A DNA stretch of 64,000 nt, from the NCBI GenBank assembly GCA_002104945.1, contig MCFH01000040.1, positions 434,328-498,327 of the forward strand, in the 5' to 3' direction. The position numbers and the translations under genes were made by a program. Source of the stretch: Piromyces finnis finn (taxonomy: Eukaryota > Fungi > Neocallimastigomycota). Shown piece by piece: positions 28,718 to 42,266 of this stretch; positions within the stretch are counted from its first letter, which is position 1; each line of letters opens with the position of its first letter. The notes beneath the pieces are model-generated. The model was not told the DNA's origin, did no database searches, and worked only from the letters and a program-made list of their open reading frames with translations.

Positions 28718-29402
28718 ATTATATAATTATTTAAAACAAATTAAATTATAAGCAAAATCATAATTATTCAATGAATTTTATTTTTTTAATATGTGAAATA
28801 TATGGATATATTATTATTATTTTTTTTTTTTGTTGTATTAATTTTTATAAAATTTCGACATTTTTTAAAATGTTGTCCGTAATTATCATGTGATTTTCAG
28901 TTGTCTTCAACAATTATTCTTTATTAAAATTATTTTTTGAATAATTAATAATAAATAAAGTTAAATTCTATTTAAATGGGTAATGTATATTTAAATTTTA
29001 ATTAAAATTGAATATTCTTTTTTGTAAATAACAAAGGCTTTACAAAATATAAAATATAAAGAAAGTATTGTTCATTTTATAATAATTAATAATAAGGATT
29101 GATTAAGAATTTTCTATTTTTCCTCTAATATTTATCAGAGGACTATAAAAATTTCTATTTTTTACAAATTAATTTCAGAAAAGTATAAAATAAATTGTAT
29201 GAATAAATAAACTCAAAAACCTTTTTTAATGTATACTTTTAAGATAAAATTAACTTATAATATCAATTATCAATAAAGAGTTCAATTTTAATAATTATAA
29301 CGAAAAGTTAACAAATATAGCAATATAAAAACAAAAATAGAAAACCATAAAACTTTCTATATTAATTGTGTGTTTATATATACTTTATAAACTTATTTAA
29401 TA

Positions 29403-32400
29403 ATGGTAAAATGTAAATTTAATAATATTTATATTATATTTTAATTAATATTAATAATTATATATATTCATATTTGTATATACAATATACAATGCTAGAG
29501 TGAGCAAAGTGAATCTAAAGTTCGTTTACTTTATTCTAGAACAAATGTTTTTATTCAATTTAATGATGATGTTTGTCTTCCTGGTGTTTTATGTACATTT
29601 GAAGAGGTTATTTATTATTATTATTTTTTAAAAATTCTTTTTTTTTTTTTTTTTTTTTATTTATTTTAAAAATTAAATAAATTTTAAATTACAGTCACCG
29701 AGAAAATATATTTTTTCCTGGATGTCAGAAGATAAAATTTCAAAAGATGATATGAAAATATATAGAGAAATTGAAAATTCTAAAGGTATTAAAGTTAATA
29801 TCTATATATTTAAATGTTAATTTTAATTTTAAATTAATTTTATTTAAAAACTTGAAGATGTTGTATTACCAGATTCAACAGATGGATTATATGTTAATAA
29901 TAATGAAGAAGTTAAAAAAAATTCAATTGCTGTTTCTTTGGAAGATATAGATTCATTTAGTACTACAATTCCAACTGAATGGTATGTTGGAATTATATTT
30001 CAATTAAAGAATGAACTTTTTTTACCAACTTTCTTCGTTCAGAAAAAAAAATATGAAGAAGATATAGATTTTTATACTGAATTAGCTTCATGGTTTTCTA
30101 TTTTAGGCAAAAACGTTTATAGGTATATTAAAAATTAAATACATAATAAAAAAGCATTTACATATTAATATATGTTATATATATTTTAAAATATAATGAT
30201 ATCTTTAATAGAACTGAATCTGATGTTGGTGGTAATATTTATAAGATTTACAATGAAAATGATAAAATTAATGAATCAAGTGTACCAATTGGAAGGGAAA
30301 TAGTAAGACAAGAAAATTCCGTTGGAAAAATGTTCGAAGAAGCAAAATTTAATATTTTGTTAAAATTTTCCAAGGTTACCCAAAAAGGAAAGGAAGCAGC
30401 TGGTAAGTAATAAAAAAATACACTTTTAAAATAAAATCAATGTATATATTTTAACTGAATAAAGGTTTAAAGCTTTTATTTACTAAAACTATAAAATTTA
30501 TATTTTCAAGCTCATATTCTCGGTGCTCCTGTTTCGAAGCCATTTGTACCATTATTACCCAAATCATTTGTATATTCAATTTTATCTAGAGAAGAAGTAA
30601 AAAATATTTGTGATGAATATGAAGCAGCAAGACAATATCTTAGACTTATGAGTAAAGATATGCAAGAAAAAACCATTAAGGCTATTAACCAAACAATTAA
30701 TATTAGTAATTTTGGTAATTATCAAAAAATTAATGATAAAGACATTGAATGGCATGAAGAATCATTTATTACTAAAATTATTAAGGAAATGGACGTAAGT
30801 TAAATATACTATATAATGCATAATTTCTTTTTAGTTATCTTATCTGGTTTAATATTATTTTTAAAAGATAAATAAATTCTTATTATTAAATTAAATTATG
30901 ATTGTTATTTGATTTTTTTATATAGCAAGATGAACAAGAAACTTTATTTTCACCGTCCTCAATTACTGAAGAAGAAAATGAATGGCAAAATATTGAAATG
31001 CCAGATTTTACTAGTAAACGTACTGGTAATCCAATTACAGTCGAACAATGGGTTACTTTTTATGATAATGAAGGTCGTTTGAATAAAAGTGAAGATGAAC
31101 TTAGAGACCTTATTTACCATTCAGTATGCTATAAAATATAGCTAATTTATTAATAAAATTTTAATAAAATTAATTTGATTCGTTAAATAATAATGTTTTT
31201 ATTTTATATTTATTTTAATATAGGGTCTTGAAAACGATATTAGAATGGATGCTTGGAAGTATGTTTAATTTTAGTATCTTTTTTATATATGAAACTTAAA
31301 AATTTATTATTTTATTATTTAAAATAATTTTCTACTTAATAGATATTTATTAAACATTTTCCCTTGGGATTCTACTGAAGAAAATCGTAAAGAAATTAAC
31401 CTTACTAGAGAGTAGGAATTTTTATTGCAAAAAAAAAAAAAAAAAAAAAATATATTAAACTTATTAAATTTTAATAATCTTTCTAATGCTATTTGATATT
31501 TATATTTAATGAAAAGACAATCATATAATAGTCTAAAACAACAATGGAAAAAAATTTTAGCTGATGGACCAACCACAGTTGAAATGCAAGAAAACGAAGA
31601 AGATGTAGAAGATGCTGCTCAACAAAATGTTAATGCTGGCGATGAACGCTATGAAACTGATATTTATAAAAGAATTATGGATAGAAAGTTCAGAATTGGT
31701 AAGTGTTTTAAATAATTTATTATATAAAATATTAAAATAATATTATTGATAATTTTTTTTATTATTAGAAAAGGACGTATTAAGAACAGACAGAACTATT
31801 CCAATGTATTCCAATAGTTCTAACAATTCTTCAGCTGATAAACCTATTATTTACGATAATATTGATATTGATACTTCTCAAGCTGGATGGAATTCCAATT
31901 TAGAATTATTAAGAGATATTTTGATTACATATACTTTTTTAGAAAATGATAATGGTATTAAATTATATTAATACAATATTTTTTTTGTATAAATAGAAAA
32001 TTAACAATCATTTTTCAATTTATCTTTGAATTGTAGGTTATGTTCAGGGTATGTCTGATTTACTTGCTCCAATTCTTGGTGTTTTCAGAAGTGAATCTGA
32101 TTCTTTCTGGTGTTTTAATGAATTTATGGAAAAATATGTAAGTATTAAAAGTGATAAATTAATAATGTTGATATAATGTATATATTAATAATTATATAAT
32201 CCTTTTAAATAGAAAAACAATTTCCATAGAAATCAAGAAGAAATGAAAAATCAACTTTCATTATTATTGGATTTAGTAAGATTAATGGATATTGAGTTAT
32301 ATGAACATTTTGGTAAAGAAATAATATATTAAAAAATTATTTATAAAAAAAAAAAAAAAAACGTGTAATTTATATTAAAATGATATGATTATTAATTAAA

Positions 32401-33017
32401 CAATATATAAATAGAAAAAATGGGTTGTCTTCATCTTTTCTTTTGCTTTAGATGGTTATTAATTATTTTTAAAAGAGAATTTGACTTTTATGATTGTATG
32501 AGAGTTTGGGAAACCATGTGGTCTCAAAAGAAATCCGATTATTATCAATTATTTATAGCTATTGCAATCTTAAAACAAAATAAAACACAAATTTTAGAAT
32601 TAGAAACATTTGATGAAATCTTAAAGGTAACTTTGATAATTACTTAAAAATAAACATTCATTTCGTATTATATATCTAAAAATCTTTATTATTATAAATA
32701 TTTTTCAAAAGTATATCAATAATTTAGCTAATCAAATAAAAGTAGAACAAACACTTATAAGTGCAGAATCACTATACAATAAATTTTTATACAGATTTAA
32801 AGAATTTAAAAATAGACTTATAGGTGAAAAAGCTAATTTTATGAAAAAAGATCAAGAATCAGGTGTTGTTCATATGGAAGTATTCAATGAAAATGGTAAT
32901 ACTGAATCATCAAATGAACCATTTGATTTTACTACTTTAGCTAAAAATGAAATTTTAAATGATCCAGTTTCCATTATTAATCGTTTTGCCAAACTTACTA
33001 CTGAAGAAATAGTTTAA
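29403..33017 (+). CDS. GYP7: TBC-domain Rab GTPase-activating protein, Gyp7/TBC1D15-like (multi-exon)
   Basis: N-terminal KVRLLYSRTNVFI, then AWKYLLNIFPWDST, the Arg finger IEKDVLRTDR, the Gln finger GYVQGMSDLLAP, and LFFCFRWLLIIFKREF..RVWETMW. The ATG-only first exon 29403-29405 is inferred. The stop is at 33015-33017. Confidence 0.9.
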
Positions 33018-33365
33018 AGCATCATTTTAATTATAACCAAATTTATTAATAAAATAGTAAATTATTATCATTGTATATGAAATTAATAATTAAAAATATA
33101 TAAGCATTTTTTATCTATGATTATTTATATAATAATTTTTTTTTTAAAAATAAAAAAAAAAAAAAAACAAGAACAATATCAAAAATTTTTTTATTTAATT
33201 TCAAACTCAATATTAAAATATATTATGTATAAATAAAATATGGTATTATTTAATTAATAAAATTAAAAAAATTCAAATATAATTTATAGAAATTTAATGA
33301 TAGTTTGAATAAGAAAAAATATTTTATTTTTTTTTTTTTATAAAGAAACATTTAGTTTATAGTGT

Positions 33366-33460
33366 TTAAAAGGCAAGGGTATGAATTTGCTTTTCAATAT
33401 TGACAATTTTTTTCTATTATTAAAACATAGTTTTAATATATAAATGTAGCAATATGTTAA

Positions 33461-33540
<80 letters not shown>

Positions 33541-35673
33541 GTTTACCTTATATCTATCAAGTTCTTCAGTCATTTTTTCTGCACGTTTTCCTGTATTCCT
33601 AGCTATTTTAATTCAATTATATTACCAAATTTTACAAAAATATTATGAATATTTTTATTTAATATGAAAATAGTTAAAAATACTAAAATATAAAAAATAA
33701 ATAAAATCCAGTATTTACCTATATTAAGTAATTCCATTTCTTTATCTAATGGCGTTTCTGTGTTGATAAGATGATTTTCAAGAGTTTTTAATTGTTTTCG
33801 TAGTCTTAGTATATCATTAGTAAACCCCTCAATTTCACAATCTCTTCTCTTTTTAAGGGCTTTGTAACTCGAATTTATTTTTTTTATTTTTTCATTTAAT
33901 GTATTGATTTGTTTTTTATATTTTTCATCAATATTTTGATTTTTTGATTTTTCTATTCGTAGTTCTTCTTCATATTTTCCTAGTTGTTTTCTTAAATTAT
34001 TGACCATATCATCATTTTTCTTTGAAAATTTTATTTCTAAGTTCTTTTTTGAAAATACAACAAATATATATTTAATAATGATGAGGAATATAATAAATAT
34101 AAAAATATAAATATAATATAATAATAATAATAATAGTAATAATAATTAAAAGTAAACATTTCATTTATTACCTTTTTAATATCATCACTTTTATTTTTTT
34201 GTTCTGAATAACAATTTTTTAATATTTTCATATCCTCTGCATACTTGGCAAGCTGACATTTTGATTTTCTATCTAACATTTTTGCATTACTTTTGGTCTG
34301 AATTAATTCTTTTTTATTTTTATTATAAATAGGTTTAATGTTATATTTTATAATTATAATATTTTAGTCATAAAAATTATTATTTAATACAAATGTCATA
34401 TATAATTATTACCTTTAGTGTTTTCACGACATATAGAGCGTAATTTATTGATCTTTTCCGTTAATGATATAATTTGCTCAAAATAATATTGTTGTTGACT
34501 TTTATTTTCATTAATTCGAAATTGTCTATCTTTTTTATATCCTTCTATATGCTTTTCATTTTCTTTTTTCTAAAAATGTTATTATTAGTTTATTAATTTG
34601 AAGTAATTATTTTTGGTTAATTCAAATATTTTCTGTATAGAAATAATACAAAGAATATGATAGTTTTATTTTACCTGTTCTTCAATTTGTGCTTTGAGTG
34701 ATGATACTGTTAGCCTTAGTCCTTCAATTTCATCATTAACAATATATATATTTTCATTATCAAATACAACCTCCTAATTTTTATACGGATTAAAATATTT
34801 TTTAAAATATTTCATTAGCATTATTTATCCTTGTTTTTCAGAGAGTATTAATTTTTCTTTAATTAATAATATTATCGAAAAATTACTTCATCCATAATCC
34901 CATTTATTCCATTATTAGTATTTTTTTTCCCTTCAACTTGGACTGTTACCTTATTTGATTCTTGTTTATTCTTTTCACCTATATGATTAAGCATATCATG
35001 ATTTTCATTTTTATCGTTTTTTAAAAATCTTTTATAAAAGCCTTTTTTAAAGTATGTGATTTCGTCGGTTGTTTCAACTAAACCTAGTAAATATCTAATT
35101 TTTCTACGATCTTTTACTTCCTGAACTTTTTTTTAAGAATTATTTGCAGATAAATTGTATTATATAGAATATTTAATAAAATTATAAATCAATTAATAGA
35201 AAAAAAATATATATATATAGAAATATATAAAAATTTTTATTATTCAGTTTATCATTATGATTATTATAATTTACATGAGTATAAAATATTTTTCAATATA
35301 CTTTTTAATGTATCATTTTCAGCAAGAACTTTTAAAAGTTCTTTTCTTTCATCAAAAATAGCTAGTTGTGCATCACTTAGTAGTTTTTGCAAGTCGGTTA
35401 CTTCTTTTGTTTTTTTTTGTAATTCTCGTGTTAGATTATAATATTCTTCATGTGATATTTGACAACCATCCATTAATTGTACAGCTTGTTCATAGTCTTT
35501 TTCAAAACTTTCTGAATATATTAAAAAAAATGGATTTGTTATGAAATACTTTTTTTTTTTATTACATTTATACCAATTTTAAATATACCTAATTTATCTT
35601 TATAATATTGTAATAATTCTTGTGACAGTGGTAATTTTTCAATTTCTGCTTTTATCTCATTATTAGTTATCAT
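33366..35673 (-). CDS. CCDC77: Coiled-coil protein CCDC77 homolog (centriolar; multi-exon)
   Basis: LPLSQELLQYYKDKL, LQKLLSDAQLAIFDERKELLKVLAENDTLK, QEVKDRRKIRYLLGLVETTDEITYFKK and KRRDCEIEGFTNDILRLRKQLK match CCDC77 blocks as I recall them. The terminal exon 33413-33366 encodes KKIVNIEKQIHTLAF*. Confidence 0.82.
33460..33537. repeat. (TAAA)n microsatellite, ~19 units, inside the last CCDC77 intron
   Basis: Directly visible. It makes up more than half of the 133-nt intron 33414-33546. Confidence 0.92.
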
Positions 35674-36127
35674 TTTTATTTAATTATTATTATTTTTTCA
35701 AATATATATGTTAATATATTTTCGAGATAATTCAAGTTTTTTTTTTTTAATACTTAATTAAAATTGTTTAACATTAAAAATGTTCAGCAAAATAGTTTAT
35801 TAATATGTTATATTAAATATATTATATATTAAATTAACCAAACAAAATTTTTATATTAGTATTAAAAAATAAAGTTTATTTTTTCATTAATTAAAATTAA
35901 CATTTATTTTAATTAATGTTTTTTTTATACAGATTACACATATTATCTAAATTTTTTTTTATAATAATTTGCTGTAACACCATTTATTTATTAAATAATA
36001 AAATATAACCAAGTAACTAAATATTATAATTAAAAAATTCTTCTTCTTATTATTGTTACTATTTTGTTTTTGTTATTGTTACATGTTATATATTAATAAA
36101 AAATTATTTTAAAAGCTTTTTTTCTTT

Positions 36128-36166
<39 letters not shown>

Positions 36167-36326
36167 TATTATTATTATTCTTTATTAAAGACATATTTGC
36201 AATTTTTTTTTTCTTTTATTCTTTATATATATATATATATAAATTGCATCATTATCATTTTCGATATTATAAAATTTTATAATTTATTTTATAAAATTTA
36301 TTAAAAATGCCACTTTTATTTTCTAA

Positions 36327-36429
36327 TTAAAAAAAACTTTTAAAGTGTGCATTTTCATTGCCTTCAACAACTCTGGTAATTGGAATATATGATGGCTTTC
36401 CAGTTTTTTTGACATAATCCTATATATAA

Positions 36430-36494
<65 letters not shown>

Positions 36495-38893
36495 CTTATT
36501 TTCTTTATATTTATAACATTATATTTTTTATATTTTATAATTCAAACAATAGTACAAACCATAGCGTATTGGAAAGAATTAGTTTTTTCTTTAACATTAG
36601 AATTTTTACCAATCCAAATGAAAACTATGATAAAATAATTAAAAAAATTATTAGGATTAATATTTTCAAAGAATTTTTTAATAAATAAATTTAGCATTAG
36701 GAAGTGAACCTTCATTTTGAGCATCGATAACAAATACATCATTAGTATCTAACATAGATAAAGAAATACTTCCTCTAGCTTCTTCATTGAATTCTAAATT
36801 ACCACTAGCATTAGAAAGTCTTTTTAATATAAAATAAAATTGTTGTAATATTAATAATTGTTCATATAATTTAATTAGTTTTATTTATTTATTATTATAT
36901 TATATTTACCTAATAAGAATTTTTTCTTTATCATCAGTCTGGAATAATAAAATATAAGAATTAGAAATTTCTTTACATATTTAAAAAAATATATATTTAA
37001 ATTTAATATATTTATAAATACAGTTTCAATTTTGTTAGTTGATGATTCTTCCTTAATAGTTCCTTTTCCACCAATACCATCCCAGAATGGAGTTGCATCA
37101 CTATCATCTTGTTCTGTTTTTTTTTTTTTTTTTTTTTTTTAATAAAAATACTAATATATTAATTTTGTCTTAAAGAAAAGATAATAATTTTAATTTAAAT
37201 GTTTAAATAGTTACCAAAAACCTTAATTTCTGGTTTTCCTGAACGTTCACTCTTTAAGTTAGAAGTGAATTCCATAGCTTTGTGCTTTTCACTACCAGCA
37301 GCTTTACAACCATTCCATTGATAGATTTTAAGACCTTGATCTAAAACAAAAACATCTTCAGAATTAAGTGAATCGGAAGAAAGTGGAACTGAGGTAACAG
37401 TTAAAGTACTACCGACAGACTTGATATGGAAGAGTTGTGGTTTGTATTCTACTGGTTTAACTATATTGAAACCACTATCAACACCACCATTTAAGATAAT
37501 GAAGTTCTTGAAATAGGAAATAAAAAGTCTTGATTCACTACCTTGAAGCTATATATAAAAATATTATATTTGTATAAAATTTGATATTTGTTAATGTTTT
37601 ATATTAAAAAATTTATATCCCTAATAATATTGAAATACTCACTTCACGATGTTGAACTGGTGAAGTTCCCAAGTCTAATATGGTTAATTAAAATATAAAT
37701 AATTTAATATATTAATTATTTTAATTTAATAAATATTTAAAATATTATGTTTAAATGAATAATATTATAATTAATCCATACAATTATCAAGTTCTACAGT
37801 TTTGTAAGCAGCAGTACCGGCTTCATCCTTTTTTATATTATTAATAAATTTATTAATTTTTGTTAGCAATAATGACAACAACAACAACAATAAATAAAAC
37901 AAAAATATTATCCTAATAAATATAATATAAATATTTAACATTTATTTAATTTTTACTTGAGATGTGTTACTACCAAGCCAGAAGTGAATATCGTGATATA
38001 ATTTTTCGCTTTCACCTTCCTTATAAGACTATTAAATATTTAAAAACAAATTAGTATGACACATGATATACTTTAAGTTATAAATTATTTATATTATTGA
38101 CATACGTTTAAAATAATGTATGAATCGCCTATTAGTATATATTAAAAGTATATATAAATTATAAATGATATTAATTCTACTATATAGTTATATGCTGTAA
38201 ATCTGACATATATACATACCACTGTAGAATTTTCCATAATCATTTTCTGGCCATGGAACAACTTTGAAATTTTCAATTCTCCAGATTTTAAGACCACTTT
38301 TTTATAGTGAATTAATACATGTAAGTCTTATATTTATATTACAGTATATATATATATATATTTTTTTTTTGGATTTCATAAATATATTTATTTAACTATA
38401 TAATATTTTTATTACACTTTGGAACCAGCATTTCCCCAATCCTTCTTAACATCATCACTATCAAGATTTAACTTTTCTAACTATTTTTGTCGAAAATAGT
38501 ATTATTAATAAAATTTAGTAATATAAAAATTAATATGTATTTTCTTATAATAAATGATTCTGATTATATCGTATAGTTGTGTTTTTATTAATATTTTATA
38601 TATATTTAATTATTTTATATTAAAATGATATGAAATGAATAATTTTAACAATTTATTTATCTATTTATAATAGAAAACACTTTTTTAATTATTTATTTTA
38701 ATTTTCAGTTAATTATTTTTTTATTTAATAGTTTAATGATGTTTCTTACATATTTAGATAAATCAAGTTCATCAATGTCTTTGAAATTATAAAAAATAAA
38801 TTGTTAATAACAATTATTACATTTTAAATAATAAATGATAAAATATTATATTATACTATATATAAACTAACTTAAAATATGAGCCATAGACAT
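36327..38893 (-). CDS. Gelsolin/severin/fragmin-type actin-severing protein, about three gelsolin repeats and ~13 exons
   Basis: Spliced [101 protein letters not shown] and [11 protein letters not shown]. The two small 5' exons are the least certain part. Confidence 0.92.
36431..36494. repeat. (TTA)n microsatellite, ~21 units, in the last gelsolin intron
   Basis: Directly visible. It reads (TAA)n on the sense strand just before the acceptor. Confidence 0.92.
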
Positions 38894-39602
38894 TTTAAAT
38901 AAGTTGTTCTTTTATTAATAATAATGCTTAATAGTATTATATATATTTTTTATTAGTTTATATTTTTTTTTGAAATTCTTTTTATTTACTTTTAATTTTT
39001 TTTAAAAAGATATTTTTATTTATTTAATTATACAGAAATTATTAATTTAAAAACTTTGAATTTAATTATACCCTTTTAAATTATATATTTAATATAATAT
39101 AAAAAATTAATTTATTAATTCATATTGATAAATATATAAAAATAAAAATGAAAGGCTATTCAAAATAATAATAATAATAATAATAAAATGAATCCACCAA
39201 AATTAATATTCCTTTTTAAATTTTTTAAAAAACAGTTTTATATATATTTTTATTTTATATAAAATTAAATTATTTAAATAATAAGTTAATGATTAATTAC
39301 TTCTTTCTTTTTTTTCTTTTTTCTTCTTTATTATTATTATTTTTTAAGTAAGATCAAATAAATAATGATTATATTTTTTTTATTTAGTATTAAAAAAAAA
39401 GTTAAAAAATAAATTAAACGTTATTATTTTAGAAATAATAAAATAAAAAATGCAATATATATATTTTATATAATTTTCTTTTTTTAAAAAAAGAACTCTA
39501 GTTTATCTAAAAAAAATTAAATAATGAAAAAAAAAAGTGATTAATAAAAATTAATCTATTACAAAAGTTAATCCACTATAATATATAATTATTTTAAGAA
39601 AT

Positions 39603-41366
39603 TTATTGTTCATCTTGTTCATCTTGTTCGGTTTCGTTCTTTATTGGTTCAAATTCAATCTTCTTAGCTTCATCTGGAAGTGAAGAGTAAATTGGTAAAG
39701 CAACTGATTTATTAGTTTTAATACTAAGACGTTGAATGTTCTTCCACTTTCCTGGGACTTTATCAACTATATAATTAATAGAATACATAATATTTTCAGC
39801 AATTTGTTCTGGAGTTTGACTAGTTAATCCAACTTTTATTGAACTAAAATATAACAAAAAAAAAAAAAAATTTACAATATAATTAGTGTTATAATTAGTA
39901 TTGTATTCATTAAAAAATAACTAATTCTGTTATATAACTAGCTAAAATAAATTCTTTTATACCTGCAACCACCATTATTAACAAAGAAATAAGTTGAATT
40001 TAATGCATTAGTAATTTCTTTTAATAAGACACCTTTCTTCATTTTAATTGGAACTGGTTGCCTATGTTTACAGAAATTAATATTTATAATTATTATTCGT
40101 GTAATTAATATTAACTATATCATCATATCTAGTTATATATAAAAGACAATAATTACTTTTTCTTTTCATAAAAAGTCTTTCCAATTAACTTTGGAACAAT
40201 TGGGATAATACGATCATCTGCTAAAAATATATCATATGAACTACAAAGTTGTCTCTTAGCTTCATATGGCTTGTACTTCTTCTTTAATTTGGTAACACCA
40301 ATGACCTTTTTTTTCATTTTTTTTATTTTATTATTATAAAATTATATAAATGTATTATATATTTAAAATTTTCAATTATTTTAATTATATATTATACATT
40401 ATATAATAAAATTTGAATATATACCTTATTTATTCTAGTTATACCAAGTTCTTTAAGCATTTCCTTGTATTCAGATTGTGGATCTTTAGTGATTAAACAA
40501 ACTTCAGAATTTTCATCAAAAATTGGATATTTAAGTGGACTATGTAATAATAATTAATACATTAATCAAATAATCTTATAATATAATAATATAAAAAAAG
40601 AAATTTATATTAAACAATAACAAATTCAACATTTTATCCTTACATTTTTATTGGCTTTACTCTTGAATTATCTGGAAGGATTTTTGTAGATAAAACAAGC
40701 CAAACTGGTGAATCATCGGCAAGTAAATCATTTTTCTTTGTAGATTCAAAGTATTTTAATAAAGCTGAAGTAGCCTTATTAACCTGTAATATTAAAATAT
40801 AAATATAAATTAATAAACAATTAAAATTAATTGTTTTTATATAATCTTTTTTTTCTCTTGTTTTCCCTCTTATGTTAATTAAACATGTTAAATGGAATAC
40901 TATGAAATAAACATTTATTAATTTTCATTCGTAATATAAAATGAAAAAATAACATATTTTGAAAGAAATTTTATAAAAATTTTATTTCATCATAGAAATA
41001 ATTTATTATTTCTTTAAATATTTCTCAATAAAAAATACTTATATTTTATATTTTAAATTTAGTAATAATTTTGTATGTAATTTAATTAATTATTAATTTT
41101 TAAGATAATCTCTTTAATTTATCACTTTTCGTTTATTTATTTATTAAATCAATTGTTATTTATAAAATTTTTCGACATAATGTTGATTCTATTATTCTCT
41201 CATATAATATAATGTACATTTAAATATTGGATTTCTTAGGTTTATTTTTAATTGATTTTGATTATTTATAAATACTTGATATTTATACATAATTGTATTT
41301 AAATAAAGATACTGAACGCTTAATTAAATTTAAAATTATAATAACCTGAGCTTCATTAAGTTCCAT
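39603..41366 (-). CDS. RSL1D1: Ribosomal protein L1 domain-containing nucleolar protein (RSL1D1/Utp30/Cic1 family)
   Basis: MELNEAQ|VNKATSALLKYF, IPLKYPIF..EVCLITKDPQ, SSYDIFLADDRII, LIGKTFYEKKKQPVP, and IKVGLTSQTPEQIAENI..WKNIQRLSIKTNKSVALPIY. Confidence 0.9.
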
Positions 41367-42266
41367 TATATTAATCTTTCTATATAAAAACTTTTAATAC
41401 AAAAAATTTTTAAAAAAATAAAATTTAAAAAAAAAAAAAAAAAAATTAGATTATTTCGACAACGAATAAAATAATTTTAAATTTTTATTTAATATATATT
41501 AAAATTAATAATTTTTAAAATTTTTTTTTATATTAGTTAAAATTATAATACAATTATTATTTTACCGTAACCTGCTTTTGGTCTTTTTTTCTGGTTATGT
41601 TGTGGTTAAAATCCATATTTGAAAAAAAAGTCTAATACATTAAATATTAAGATTTTACCCAATCACATTATAGATCAATAAATTTTATAAATTACAATTC
41701 AAAAATATCTAATCAAAATGAATTTAAAATGTAGTTTGAATGTTCAAATAACAATTTATATTTATTAAAACTATTTAGTAAGGGATAATGCTTATATTTT
41801 TTTTTTTTACCACCATTGTTGTGGTAATATGCAAATCTAAATAATTAAAATATTAAATTTTTTAATTAATATATGATTAAGTAATGACACCTATTTTTAT
41901 AAAGTATTACCACATACTACAAACAACATAAAAACACAACAATTATAACACAATATTTAATAGTATATATATATATATATATTTATTTTTTTTCCAAATA
42001 AATAATTTAAATAATTTATTATATAATAATTATAGATTATTAAGAATATTAAATAATTATAATTATTGTTAATGTATTAATTTTTTTATAAGTTTTGATT
42101 TTGACTTATTAATTTAATTACATGAATTAAGAATCATTGAATTAAAAATAAAAAAAGTTGATAAAGATAAAATATTTGAATTTGTTTTTTTTTATTCATT
42201 TTAGTATTTATTAAACTTTCTTGTTGATTAGCTTTCTCCAATATTATTTGTATTACTTTTTTTTTT

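Noticed and set aside
40800-41000. ATGATGA box C in RSL1D1 intron 1 (sense strand)
   Set aside because: No downstream CTGA box D within the intron.
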